This document shows positions 9,232 through 20,974 of a stretch of DNA of 64,000 nt, in pieces. Where the stretch lies: assembly GCA_020632795.1 (NCBI GenBank), contig JACKEV010000010.1, positions 223,127-287,126 on the forward strand, given 5' to 3'. The notes beneath the pieces are model-generated. The model ran no database searches. It was not told where the DNA came from and saw only the letters and a list, made by a program, of their open reading frames with translations. Within the stretch, counting starts at the first letter, position 1. Every line of letters begins with the position of its first letter. This stretch comes from Alphaproteobacteria bacterium (GTDB lineage Bacteria; Myxococcota_A; UBA796; CAJQPC01). The translations under genes and the position numbers were made by a program.

Positions 9232-10239
9232 ATGGGTCTCGACTATCGCGTCCGCTGCTGCCCCGACGGCCTCGTCACCGACCGTCGGCGGCGCATCCGC
9301 GTGCTGGACTGCACGATCCGCGACGGCGGCATCTGCAACGACTGGCAGTTCAGCGACGATCTCGTGCAGCGCACCTTCCAGGCCCTCGGCCAGTCCGGCG
9401 TCGACTACATGGAGATCGGCTACCGCACCACCGACGGCCTGTTCGACCGCGCCAAGGTCGGCCCCTGGCGCTTCTGCGACGAGGACGACCTGCGCCGGGT
9501 CACCCGCCCCGGGGGCCGCATGAAGCTCTCGGTGATGGTGGACGTCGGGCGGGTCGACCCCGCCGACATCCCCCCGGCCGCCGACAGCGTCATCGACGTC
9601 ATCCGCATCGCGACCTACGCCCACCAGATGGACGACGCCCTGCGCCTGCTCGACCACGCCCAGGCCCAGGGCTACGAGACCTTCATGAACGTCATGGCGG
9701 TCTCCACGTTGGAGCCGCTGGAGGTCGACGCCTTCCTCAAGCGCCTGGCGGTCAGCGGGGTCGACAACGTCGCGCTGGTCGACAGCTTCGGGGCGCTGTT
9801 CCCCTACCACGTGCGCTACCTCGTCCGGAAGTACATGAACTACCTCGGCGAGTCCATCCGCGTGGGGGTCCACCTGCACAACAACCAGCAGCAGGCCTTC
9901 GCCAACTCCATCGCCGCCATCGACGAGGGCGTGGACTTCGTGGACGCGACCATCCACGGCATGGGCCGGGGCGCGGGCAACTGCCCGCTGGAGCTGCTGC
10001 TCTTCTACCTCGACAACCCCCGCTACGACGTGCGCCCGCTGCTCGACATCATCGACGACTTCGCCGAGATGCGCGACGAGCTGCGCTTCGGCTACCACCT
10101 GCCCTACGCCATCACCGGCTACTTCAACATGCACCCCCGCAGCGGCATCGACCGCATGGGCGGCCCCGACCGCTACCAGTGCCGGGACATGTACGAGAAG
10201 CTCGCCCGGCGCCTGGATCAGGCCGCGAAGGCGGGGTGA
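9232..10239 (+). CDS. DRE-TIM metallolyase / HMGL-like (pyruvate carboxyltransferase domain) family protein
   Basis: RVLDCTIRDGG signature near the N-terminus. ATG at 9232 preceded by GGAGGTG; track ORF starts earlier at 9160. Confidence 0.7.
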   Translation: MGLDYRVRCCPDGLVTDRRRRIRVLDCTIRDGGICNDWQFSDDLVQRTFQALGQSGVDYMEIGYRTTDGLFDRAKVGPWRFCDEDDLRRVTRPGGRMKLSVMVDVGRVDPADIPPAADSVIDVIRIATYAHQMDDALRLLDHAQAQGYETFMNVMAVSTLEPLEVDAFLKRLAVSGVDNVALVDSFGALFPYHVRYLVRKYMNYLGESIRVGVHLHNNQQQAFANSIAAIDEGVDFVDATIHGMGRGAGNCPLELLLFYLDNPRYDVRPLLDIIDDFAEMRDELRFGYHLPYAITGYFNMHPRSGIDRMGGPDRYQCRDMYEKLARRLDQAAKAG

Positions 10240-10287
10240 AGAAATCCCTTCACGCGCCGCCGATTCGTGTCATACTGGACATAGACG

Positions 10288-10329
10288 GACCCCGAATCGG
10301 TAGCTAGCCTGCGCACCGAGTTCGGGGTC
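10288..10329. terminator. Candidate bidirectional terminator hairpin between convergent genes
   Basis: gaccccgaa...ttcggggtc 9-bp stem followed by tttcc, between the plus gene ending at 10239 and the minus gene ending at 10348. Confidence 0.35.
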
Positions 10330-10347
10330 TTTCCACTTCAGGGCGCC

Positions 10348-12177
10348 CTACCGGAACGCCACCGCCCCGCGCTCGCCGGACATGACACCGGCGGTCTTGA
10401 TGAGGTCGAGCAGCTCGGCGTCCTCGGCGGTGCCGCGGCTGGCCTTCCGGGTGAGGTCGTAGAGCTGGGCGTAGGTGACCTCGGCGGTGTAGGGGCTGCC
10501 GCGGAGGAGCTCGGCGAAGGTGGCGGAGGCCACGGCGACGCGGAAGTCCTTGGAGGCGCTGGCGAAGGTCTCGCCCAGGGCGTCGGTGTGGAGGACGGTA
10601 GCCCACTCGCGGGCGGCGGAGTCGGGGCCGGGGCGCTTGGCGCGGAGGCGCACGGTGGCCAGCTCGTCGTGGTAGCCATCCTTGAGGATGACGTCGTAGA
10701 GGGCGGTGACGGTGTGCCCGGCGCCGATCTCACCGGCGTCGACGCGGTCGTTGCGGAAGTCGCGGTCGGCGATGTCGCGGTTCTCGTAGCCCACCAGGCG
10801 GTAGGCCATGACCGCCTCGGGGTTGAACTCGACCTGGATCTTGACGTCCTTGGCGATGACCTGGAGCGTGCCGCCCAGCTTCTCGCCAAAGACCTCGCGG
10901 GCCTCGTCGAAGGTGTCGATGTAGAAGTAGTTGCCGTCGCCCTTGTTGGCGAGCTGCTCCATCATCGTGTCCTGGTAGTTGCCCATCCCGAAGCCGATGG
11001 TCGACAGGGTGATGCCCTCCTCGGCGTGCTGGGTGATGGTCCGCAGGATCTCATCGTGGGAGGTCCGACCGATGTTCGCGTCGCCGTCCGAGAGCACCAC
11101 CACCCGGTTGACGTGGCCGTGCTCGTAGCTGTTCGATGCCATCTGGTAGGCCAGCTCCATGCCTGAGCCCATCGCCGTCCCGCCCCCGGTGTCCAGCCCC
11201 TCGATCGCCGCCAGGATGGTCCGGCTGTCCGCCGCGCTCGTCGGCTCCAGCACCACCCGCGTCGAGCCCGCATACGTCGCGATGGCGACGGTGTCCTCCT
11301 CCTGGAGGTTCCGCGTCAGGAACGCCATCGAGCGCTTCGCCAGCCCGATCTTGTCCCCGCTCGACATCGAGCCCGACGTGTCGATCAGGAACGTCAGGTG
11401 CACCGGCTTCCGCTCCGCCTGGTCCAGCTCCATCCCCTTCACACCCACCCGCACCAGCGCGTGGCTCTCGTCGAACGGGTTCGGCGCCGCCTCCATGTGC
11501 ACCGCGAACGGCGCACCGCCGCTCTCACGCCCCGGAGGCGCGTAGCCGTAGTCCATCGCGTTGACGAACTCCTCCACCCGCACCGACGCCGTCGGCGGCA
11601 GCGCACCCTCCCGCAGCTTCCGACGCGCGATCGCGTAGCTCGCCGTGTCCACGTCCACCGAGAACGTCGAGTACCGGTCCTGCTCCGTCAGCGTCATGTC
11701 GTTGATGCCGTAGTGCGTGTACCCCTCCGAGTTGCTCGCGATCGGCTGGCCGACGGTGGGCTGGTTGTTGTCGTAGCGGCCGCCGGGCGGAGGCGGCGTG
11801 GGGTTCTCGGCGAAGCGGTACTCGGCGACGTCGCCGCCGGAGATGATCCCGGCGGTCGGCGCCGGCCCGCTGCTGGCCTTGGGGCGCATCGCCACATCGC
11901 CGCGCGGCCCGACGGGGATGAGCATGGGCTCCTCGGGCGCATTGGCCCAGTCGTCCTCGCCCCGGTCGGCCGGATCCGCGTCCGGGGCGTCGACGATGCG
12001 CTGCGAGAGGGCCTCGCGCTGGATGGACTCGGCCTCCTTCTTGTCGGCGCTGCGCTCGCCCTCGGCGGAGGCGGGCTCGGCCTCGTAGTACTCCTCGTCG
12101 GGGGCGTCGAGGGTCCGCATGCAGCCGGAGAGGGCGAGGACGGCGACGACGGAGGGGATGAGGGCGCGCAGCGGCAT
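10348..12177 (-). CDS. von Willebrand factor A domain lipoprotein (YfbK/DUF3520-like)
   Basis: Signal peptide and lipobox LALSGC. VWA MIDAS motif DTSGSM with the C-terminal region typical of VWA/DUF3520 proteins. Confidence 0.8.
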   Translation of the reverse strand: MPLRALIPSVVAVLALSGCMRTLDAPDEEYYEAEPASAEGERSADKKEAESIQREALSQRIVDAPDADPADRGEDDWANAPEEPMLIPVGPRGDVAMRPKASSGPAPTAGIISGGDVAEYRFAENPTPPPPGGRYDNNQPTVGQPIASNSEGYTHYGINDMTLTEQDRYSTFSVDVDTASYAIARRKLREGALPPTASVRVEEFVNAMDYGYAPPGRESGGAPFAVHMEAAPNPFDESHALVRVGVKGMELDQAERKPVHLTFLIDTSGSMSSGDKIGLAKRSMAFLTRNLQEEDTVAIATYAGSTRVVLEPTSAADSRTILAAIEGLDTGGGTAMGSGMELAYQMASNSYEHGHVNRVVVLSDGDANIGRTSHDEILRTITQHAEEGITLSTIGFGMGNYQDTMMEQLANKGDGNYFYIDTFDEAREVFGEKLGGTLQVIAKDVKIQVEFNPEAVMAYRLVGYENRDIADRDFRNDRVDAGEIGAGHTVTALYDVILKDGYHDELATVRLRAKRPGPDSAAREWATVLHTDALGETFASASKDFRVAVASATFAELLRGSPYTAEVTYAQLYDLTRKASRGTAEDAELLDLIKTAGVMSGERGAVAFR

Positions 12178-12281
12178 GAGGGGCTCCTTTGAACCGGGTT
12201 TCGTCCGTCGAACGCGGCCGGGGCGACGGCGCTTACACCGGGCCCTGAGATTTTATTCCGAGGCGCGGCAGGCCCTTGGCG

Positions 12282-12953
12282 CTAGTTGCCTCGCCGCTCC
12301 GCGCGGCTGCGGCTGCGGAAGCCCATGTCGACACCCAGCGCCCAGGCCGGGCCGGCGTGGCGGGCGGGCTGGGCGTAGAGGTCGGCGGAGAAGCCCAGCA
12401 CGAAGCGCTTGGGGTGCAGCTCGTAGCGGGCGCCCAGGCCGGCGTAGGCGTCCAGGCGGGTGAGCCGGGCGTCCTCCAGCTCGGGAGCGTCGATGGCGTT
12501 GCGCTGCCGCCGCAGGATCAGCGCCGGGCCCCCCATGATCGAGTGGATCGGGGAGAGCTCGAACTCCCCGAGCACCGGGGCGCGCAGCTCCACCGAGCCC
12601 TGCCCGGCGACCGTGCCCCCGACCAGGGGCGCCCAGGTGCCCGCCAGGCCCGGCGCGACCGCCAGGTGCAGGCGGTCGTTGTGGTAGAAGCGGTAGCGCA
12701 CGTCGACCGCCGCGCCGACCAGGTACAGGCGCGCCCCCATGTCCAGGTTGTCGGCCAGGCCGAAGCGGGCGACCACCTCGCCCTGGGGCAGCGGAAGGGT
12801 GCCGATGCTCAGGGGGTTGCCCCCGCGCTGGAGCGAGCCGGCCCCGGCGATCTGGAGCTGCCCCGGCTCCAGGGTCTTCGCCCCGGTCACCGTGCTCAGG
12901 GTGGAGCAGGCCGTGCCCAGCGCGAGCCCGGCCACTGCGAGCAGCGTCCTCAC
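12282..12953 (-). CDS. Hypothetical secreted/outer-membrane-like protein
   Basis: GTG start VRTLLAVAGLALGTACS; start overlaps the upstream stop as GTGA. The track ORF extends upstream with junk. Confidence 0.5.
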   Translation of the reverse strand: MRTLLAVAGLALGTACSTLSTVTGAKTLEPGQLQIAGAGSLQRGGNPLSIGTLPLPQGEVVARFGLADNLDMGARLYLVGAAVDVRYRFYHNDRLHLAVAPGLAGTWAPLVGGTVAGQGSVELRAPVLGEFELSPIHSIMGGPALILRRQRNAIDAPELEDARLTRLDAYAGLGARYELHPKRFVLGFSADLYAQPARHAGPAWALGVDMGFRSRSRAERRGN

Positions 12954-13462
12954 CACCGCACCCCCAGGCCCAGGGAGGTGTCGTAGTCCCAGGCGCGCAG
13001 GCCCCGGCTGGTGGTGCCGACCTGCCACTGCCAGGCCAGCCGGCGCCCGAGGGGGCCGTCGAGGGCCACCCGGACCCGCGCGCCGGGCTCCAGCACCACG
13101 AAGCCCTGGTCGGCGCCGTTCCAGCCCACCTGCCCCGCGCGCGCGCTCAGGGCGAGGCCCGCGCCAGCGTGGAAGCGCAGCGGCCGGGTGCCGACGACCC
13201 ACTCGGCCAGGGCCGCTGCGCGGACCATGTGGACGTCGAAGTCGTACAGCGATGTGCTCTTGGCGCGGCGGGTCCAGCCCAGCTCGCCGGCGATCCCGAA
13301 GGGACCGGGCCCGTAGTCCAGCCAGGCCCCCAGCGTGGGCGCCAGGGTGTGCCGCGCGGGGCTCTGGACCGCGATCACGCCCCCGGAGAGCCCCGCGGCG
13401 CCGGTGCGCACCGGGTCGTCGGGGGCCGCGAGGGCGGCGGTGATGACGGCGAGCGCGATCAC
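12950..13462 (-). CDS. Hypothetical outer-membrane beta-barrel-like protein (C-terminal Trp)
   Basis: VIALAVITAALAAPD signal; Gly/aromatic-rich, ends ...LGLGVRW. Proposed GTG start at 13462 overlapping the upstream stop (GTGA). Confidence 0.45.
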   Translation of the reverse strand: MIALAVITAALAAPDDPVRTGAAGLSGGVIAVQSPARHTLAPTLGAWLDYGPGPFGIAGELGWTRRAKSTSLYDFDVHMVRAAALAEWVVGTRPLRFHAGAGLALSARAGQVGWNGADQGFVVLEPGARVRVALDGPLGRRLAWQWQVGTTSRGLRAWDYDTSLGLGVRW

Positions 13463-14505
13463 CCGCAGGGCTCCGGGGCGGTGTTGTCCGGGAAGCGGAA
13501 GGCGTAGGCGTCGCACATCGACAGGCCCAGGCTGGCGGAGTCGGCGTAGGCGTGCTCGACGAGCAGCTCGGCCCAGCGGTCGGGGGCGCTCCAGGCCTCC
13601 TCGGCCGCCCAGTCCTCCAGCGCGCCGATGACGTGCTCCAGGGCGGTCTCCGGGCTGGTGCGCTCCCGCAGGTCCCAGGCCAGGGAGGCGTAGACGGTGC
13701 CCAGGGCGTAGGGGTCGAAGTTCAGCGGGTCGCCGCTGGGGTAGAGCGCCGGGCTGGCCTGCCAGTCGCCGGTCACGTCCCGGCTCTGCATGCTCGGGAT
13801 GGAGATGACGAAGAAGTTCGGGTCGTCCAGGGTGAGGGTGGCCAGCATGTCGGCGAAGCCCTCATCCAGGGCCGAGACCGACGAGGAGGTGTCGTCGTCC
13901 AGGCTGTCGTAGGGGGCGGAGGCCTTGGGGTCCCCCACCGTGACGGCGTGGAACAGCGCGTGGCCGAACTCGTGCCGGATGACGCCGGGGTTGGCCGCCA
14001 GCGGGATGACCTCCTCCACCATGTCCGGCAGCAGCATGAACATGTGGACGCCGCCGGAGACATACGCCGCATTCTCGCCCGAGAAGAAGTCCTCGGTGAC
14101 GAAGATGGGCTGGTAGGCGAAGTTGATGGGGAAGATCCCGCTGAGGTCGATCCCTGCCTCGGTGAGCTGGCCCCGGGCGGCGGCGAGGGTGTGGTAGTAG
14201 GTCCACAGGATCAGGCCGTCCTCGTCCAGCGGGACGCCCATGCCGTCGCGCACGACGTAGCGCAGGTCGATGGCACCCCCCTCGACGTACTCGACGTCGA
14301 GGTCCTCGCTCAGCAGGCTGATGCGGAAGAAGCCGCCCCGGAAGCCCCGGCCCAGCTCCCCGTCCATGTGGCGCGGGTCGGTGAGCGCGGGCATGGCGCG
14401 GGCGAAGGTGCCGTACTCGCCGTCCTGCCGGTCGACCACCAGGAAGCGGTCGGGCACCTGGGAGGAGACGCAGCCAGCGCCCAGCAGGGGGAGGAGCAGG
14501 ATCAC
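13459..14505 (-). CDS. Putative zinc metalloprotease lipoprotein (HExxH)
   Basis: Lipobox LLGAGC at the N-terminus; HEFGHAL zinc-binding motif. Confidence 0.7.
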   Translation of the reverse strand: MILLLPLLGAGCVSSQVPDRFLVVDRQDGEYGTFARAMPALTDPRHMDGELGRGFRGGFFRISLLSEDLDVEYVEGGAIDLRYVVRDGMGVPLDEDGLILWTYYHTLAAARGQLTEAGIDLSGIFPINFAYQPIFVTEDFFSGENAAYVSGGVHMFMLLPDMVEEVIPLAANPGVIRHEFGHALFHAVTVGDPKASAPYDSLDDDTSSSVSALDEGFADMLATLTLDDPNFFVISIPSMQSRDVTGDWQASPALYPSGDPLNFDPYALGTVYASLAWDLRERTSPETALEHVIGALEDWAAEEAWSAPDRWAELLVEHAYADSASLGLSMCDAYAFRFPDNTAPEPCG

Positions 14506-14514
14506 CCCGAGAGC

Positions 14515-15011
14515 CTAGCGCAGCGCCGGGTCGACGTCCACCAGGCTGAGCCCCGCCGCCCACGACAGGCCGCTGAGACCGGGCTCATCGGAATCGTGGA
14601 GCAAGCGATCGACCCGACAGGCCGCGAGGGGGCGACCGGCGTCCCGCAGCCGGGCGGCCAGGCGGCGGGCGTCGTCGGGGTCGAACAGGCGCGCGCCGGG
14701 GTCCAGGCCGGTCAGGGCGAGCACCAGGGCCTCGGCGCGCTCCACCTCCCCCAAAGCGGTCAGGGCGTCGGCGGCCAGCAGGCGGGTGTAGGCGGTGGCG
14801 TCGGCCTCGGCGCGGGCCAATTCGTCGGGGTGGACGAGCTGGGGGGTGTGCCGCAGCAGCTGCTCCAGGAAGCCCGGCCAGCCGGCGTCGTGGCCGCTGC
14901 GCCACAGGGGCCCGGCGTCCTCGGGGTGGCCGCCCTCGACGAGGGCGAGCCCTCGCTCCAGCAGCCACTCCGGTCTGGCGATTCGGTCGGACACAGGTTG
15001 AGAGTAGATCA
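14515..15011 (-). CDS. Hypothetical protein
   Basis: Internal ATG (MIYSQPVSDRIARPEW...) of track ORF 14515-15135; coding-like codon usage. Confidence 0.4.
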
Positions 15012-15062
15012 TGAGCCCTCGCCCGGCTAAGGACCCCCGAACGCCCCGAACCCGTCCACGAG

Positions 15063-16925
15063 GTGGCCATGACCCAGCCGGATCCCTCCGCAACCGCGCC
15101 AGAGGCCCAGAAGGAGCGCCTCTACACCCCCGCACCGGATGAGGCGCAGCTCTCGGTCCGGGCGGTGATCGCGGGCTGCCTGCTGGGGGGCGTCGTGGCG
15201 GCCATGAACATCTACCTGGGCCTGCGCACCGGCTGGTCGGTGGGCGGCTCGCTGATCGCGGCCATCCTGGGCTTCTCGGTCTTCGCGGGCCTGGGGCGCG
15301 CGGGGGTGCTGGGCAAGCCCTACACCGTGCTGGAGGCCAACATCACCCAGACCGCGGGCTCGGCGGCGGGCAGCATGACCTCGGCGGCGGGGCTCCTGGC
15401 GGCCATCCCGGCGATGGGCATGCTCGGCTACGATTTCAGCTACCTGGAGCTGACCGCGTGGGCCTTCGCGGTGGCCTACCTGGGTGTGTTCTACGCGGTG
15501 CCCCTGCGCCGACAGATGGTGCTCATCGAGAAGCTGCGCTTCCCCACCGGCACGGCCACCGCCGAGGTCATCGTGGCGATGTTCTCGTCGGGCGGCGAGG
15601 CCATCCGCAAGGCGCGGGCCCTGGTGTGGTGGAGCGTCATCGCGGGCGGCTTCACCCTGCTGACCTACTTCGTGCCGGTCATCGAGCAGCCCCCGCTGGA
15701 GGTCATCGGCCTCAGCGCCCTCACGGTGTGGAGCCTCTCCCTGCTGATCAGCCCGCTGATGACCGGGGCGGGGATCCTCATCGGCCCTCGGGTCGGGACC
15801 TCGCTGCTGCTCGGTGCCCTGGCCGGCTGGGCGGTGCTGGGGCCGTATGCGGCCTCCCAGGGGTGGGCCGGCGGCCCGTCGTTCGACGAGGCCCAGGGCA
15901 TCTGGGTGGCCGGCAAGACCATGAGCTACGGCGAGGGCATCCGGGGCTGGATCCTGTGGCCGGGCGTGGCGATCATGGTGGGCGACGCGCTGACCTCCCT
16001 GGCGCTGTCCTGGCGCACCATCCTCAACACCTTCACCGGGTTCGGGGGCAAGGGTGAGCTGGACGGGGACGACCACCCCGAGCTGATCCCCAACTCGTGG
16101 TGGATCGGCGGGCTGGGCATCGCCTCCATCGCGACCGTGGGCGTGTCCTGGGCCCTCTTCGAGATCCCGCCGTTGTTCAGCATCCTGGCCATCGCGTTGT
16201 CCAGTGTGCTGGCCACCATCGCGGTGCGCTCCACCGGCGAGACCGACATCAACCCCATCGGCGGCATGGGCAAGGTCACCCAGCTCGTGTACGGCGGGCT
16301 CGCGCCGGGGCAGATCCCCACCAACCTGATGGCGGCGGCCATCACCGGCGCCGGGGCGTCCCAGGCCGGTGACATGATGCAGGACCTCAAGACCGGGCAC
16401 CTGCTGGGGGCCTCGCCCCGGGGCCAGTTCAAGGCCCAGCTCGTCGGCATCGGCGCCGGCATCCTGTTCTGCATCCCCATCTACAAGCTCTTCGACACCG
16501 CCTACGAGATCGGCGGCGAGGAGCTGCCGGCCCCCGCCGCCCACGCCTGGCGGGCGATGGCCGAGCTGCTCTCCAAGGGGGTCGAGGCGCTGCCGGTGGG
16601 CGCCCAGGGCGCGGTGCTCGGCGGGCTGGCCTTCGGCATCGCCATCCCGATCCTCCGAAAGGTCCTGCCCAAGGCGGCGGCGGCCTGGCTGCCCAGCGCG
16701 CTGGCCTTCGGCATCGCCTTCATCGTGCCGGCGTACTACTCCATCGCGATGTTCCTGGGCTCGATGCTGCTGCTCGGGTGGAAGCGCGTGGCCCCCGAGC
16801 AGTGCGACAAGCTGTCCTTCGCGGTGGCCTCGGGCCTGATCGCGGGCGAGGGCCTGATGGGCATCGTCAAGGCCATCCTGACCCTGCTGGAGGTGCCGAC
16901 CCTCGCCCAGATGATGGGCGGATAG
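15063..16925 (+). CDS. OPT-family oligopeptide transporter
   Basis: 620 aa, polytopic membrane protein with OPT-superfamily-like sequence throughout. Confidence 0.85.
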   Translation: MAMTQPDPSATAPEAQKERLYTPAPDEAQLSVRAVIAGCLLGGVVAAMNIYLGLRTGWSVGGSLIAAILGFSVFAGLGRAGVLGKPYTVLEANITQTAGSAAGSMTSAAGLLAAIPAMGMLGYDFSYLELTAWAFAVAYLGVFYAVPLRRQMVLIEKLRFPTGTATAEVIVAMFSSGGEAIRKARALVWWSVIAGGFTLLTYFVPVIEQPPLEVIGLSALTVWSLSLLISPLMTGAGILIGPRVGTSLLLGALAGWAVLGPYAASQGWAGGPSFDEAQGIWVAGKTMSYGEGIRGWILWPGVAIMVGDALTSLALSWRTILNTFTGFGGKGELDGDDHPELIPNSWWIGGLGIASIATVGVSWALFEIPPLFSILAIALSSVLATIAVRSTGETDINPIGGMGKVTQLVYGGLAPGQIPTNLMAAAITGAGASQAGDMMQDLKTGHLLGASPRGQFKAQLVGIGAGILFCIPIYKLFDTAYEIGGEELPAPAAHAWRAMAELLSKGVEALPVGAQGAVLGGLAFGIAIPILRKVLPKAAAAWLPSALAFGIAFIVPAYYSIAMFLGSMLLLGWKRVAPEQCDKLSFAVASGLIAGEGLMGIVKAILTLLEVPTLAQMMGG

Positions 16926-16940
16926 CCCCCGGGGGGGCGC

Positions 16941-18095
16941 CTACTCGGCGTCCAGGCCCTGGGAGTCCATCGCCATCGACGCGAGGCGGCTCTGGAGCGC
17001 ACCCTGGGTCAGGCCGATGGAGGCCGGGTCGGTGTCGCCCCGAAGGGCGGCCATGAGGTGCCGGGACAGCTCGAGCACGCGGGTGTCTTCGGCGCCCCGG
17101 GCCAGGGTGGCAGAGAGGCCGACCCGGCGCTGCCACTCGGCGCGCACCTCGGGGTCGTCGAGCACCCGGCCGGCCAGCTCGGCCAGGGCAGCGTTCATGC
17201 GCTCCTCCTGGCCAGGCGCGTCGGGCGAGGGCTCCGCCGCGTCGTCGTCGGACTCGGCGGGGGCGGGCCCGGCGACCGCCTCGAAGAGCACCCCCAGCGC
17301 GTCACCGACGGTGCTCTCGGTCACCGGCCAGAAGGAGAACCAGGGGTGGGTGGCCAGGGCCAGGGTGGACTCCAGGTGCTCCGGGTCCGGCGTCTCGGGC
17401 AGCGCGCCGATCGGATCGACCAGCCGCGCGGCGTCCAGGGTGGCCGCGTCGAGGTGCTCGCTGAAGTGGGCCCAGTCGTGGGGAGCGCCGCCGTGAAGCT
17501 GGGCGTAGCGGTCGACCGAGGGCAGGATGTGGTGCAGCGCCTCGTCGAACGGGACCTCGATCATGAGGGGGATCTGCTCGTTCACCTCGTCGATGAGCTT
17601 GCGCAGGGAGGAGCGAGAGACGTGCCCGTGGTTCACCTCGCGGAAGCCCTCCGGGCCGCCGAACGCGCCCATGAGCACGCAGCTCCCCTCGTCGTCGGTG
17701 ACCCCCAGGACGAACTGGGCGTAGCCGTGCAGGTCTGCGGGGGTCAGGAAGGCGCGGGGCGGCACGTTGATCTGCTCCCGGCCCAGGGTGAAGGACGCCG
17801 CCCGGCGGGCGGGCTGGCGCACGTCCACGCCGCCGGCCTTGAGGCGGTGGAGCCCGGCGCGCGCGGCCTTGCGGAGCGCCTTGGGGGCGCTGTCCAGCGC
17901 GAGCAGGCGCTCGACGGCCTGGACGCGGATGGCGGCCTCGATGGCGGCCAGCGCCAGGGGAAGAGGCACGGTGTCCAAGGATGGCGTGCCCTCTGCCAGC
18001 CAGGCGGCGGCGCTGTCGAACTGCGCAACGTCCTCGGGGGCGGGCTGACCGGTGGCCAGCGCGCTGGCCACCTGCGGATCGTAAGTGCGGGCCAT
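16941..18095 (-). CDS. Hypothetical protein
   Basis: 384-aa ORF with good codon bias; no recognised motif. Confidence 0.55.
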   Translation of the reverse strand: MARTYDPQVASALATGQPAPEDVAQFDSAAAWLAEGTPSLDTVPLPLALAAIEAAIRVQAVERLLALDSAPKALRKAARAGLHRLKAGGVDVRQPARRAASFTLGREQINVPPRAFLTPADLHGYAQFVLGVTDDEGSCVLMGAFGGPEGFREVNHGHVSRSSLRKLIDEVNEQIPLMIEVPFDEALHHILPSVDRYAQLHGGAPHDWAHFSEHLDAATLDAARLVDPIGALPETPDPEHLESTLALATHPWFSFWPVTESTVGDALGVLFEAVAGPAPAESDDDAAEPSPDAPGQEERMNAALAELAGRVLDDPEVRAEWQRRVGLSATLARGAEDTRVLELSRHLMAALRGDTDPASIGLTQGALQSRLASMAMDSQGLDAE

Positions 18096-18137
18096 CGGGG
18101 TGGCCTCCTGGGTCGGTCGGTGGGTGTGGGGGGACGC

Positions 18138-20399
<2,262 letters not shown>

Positions 20400-20473
20400 G
20401 GGAGCCTCCGGCTGCTTGGCATCTAAGGGCCCGCGCCGGGGCACGTCAAGGACCGTGCGCGGGGAGGAGGTGG

Positions 20474-20932
20474 GGGGATGAAGTGGCCCGTAAGCCGGGT
20501 TCTGTGCCCCCCTCCAGTCGCCCTCGGGGGGGTGGTGTTCATTCGTCTAGGGCGACCGTCCCCGGTCGCCTCAAGCAGTCTACCTGGGAGCATCGGACGG
20601 GCCGCCCGCTCCACATTCGACCTTGCACCCGGTGGGGTTTGCCTGGCCGACCTCGTTGCCGAAGCCGCCGGTGGGCTCTTACTCCACCCTTTCGACCTTA
20701 CCCGAAGCGCCGGAGCGCTCCGCCGGGCTGCGTTGTGGCCGTGCCCCCGGGATCGGGGGGTTGCCGCAGGCAGCCTCGGAGGCGGTGTTCCTGGCGGTCT
20801 GCTCTCTGTTGCACTTTCCTCCACGTCACCGCGACCGGGCGTTACCCGGCACCGCGCCCTGTGGTGCCCGGACTTTCCTCCCGCGTGGCCGAGAACGGAC
20901 ACGCCGGCGAACACCAGGTCCACTTCATCCAA
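20474..20932 (-). ncRNA. rnpB: RNase P RNA, bacterial type A
   Basis: Minus-strand transcript contains GGAGGAAAGUCCGGGC (P4 5' strand), GGUAACGCC, AGUGCAACAGAGAGCAGACCGCC, GGUAAGG...GAAAGGGUG and ACAGAACCCGGCUUAC (P4 3' strand). P1 pairs ggatgaagtgg with ccacttcatcc. Confidence 0.85.
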
Positions 20933-20974
20933 GGGGTTTTTCTACCGTAAGGGTCCCCCTCAGGCAAGCCGACC

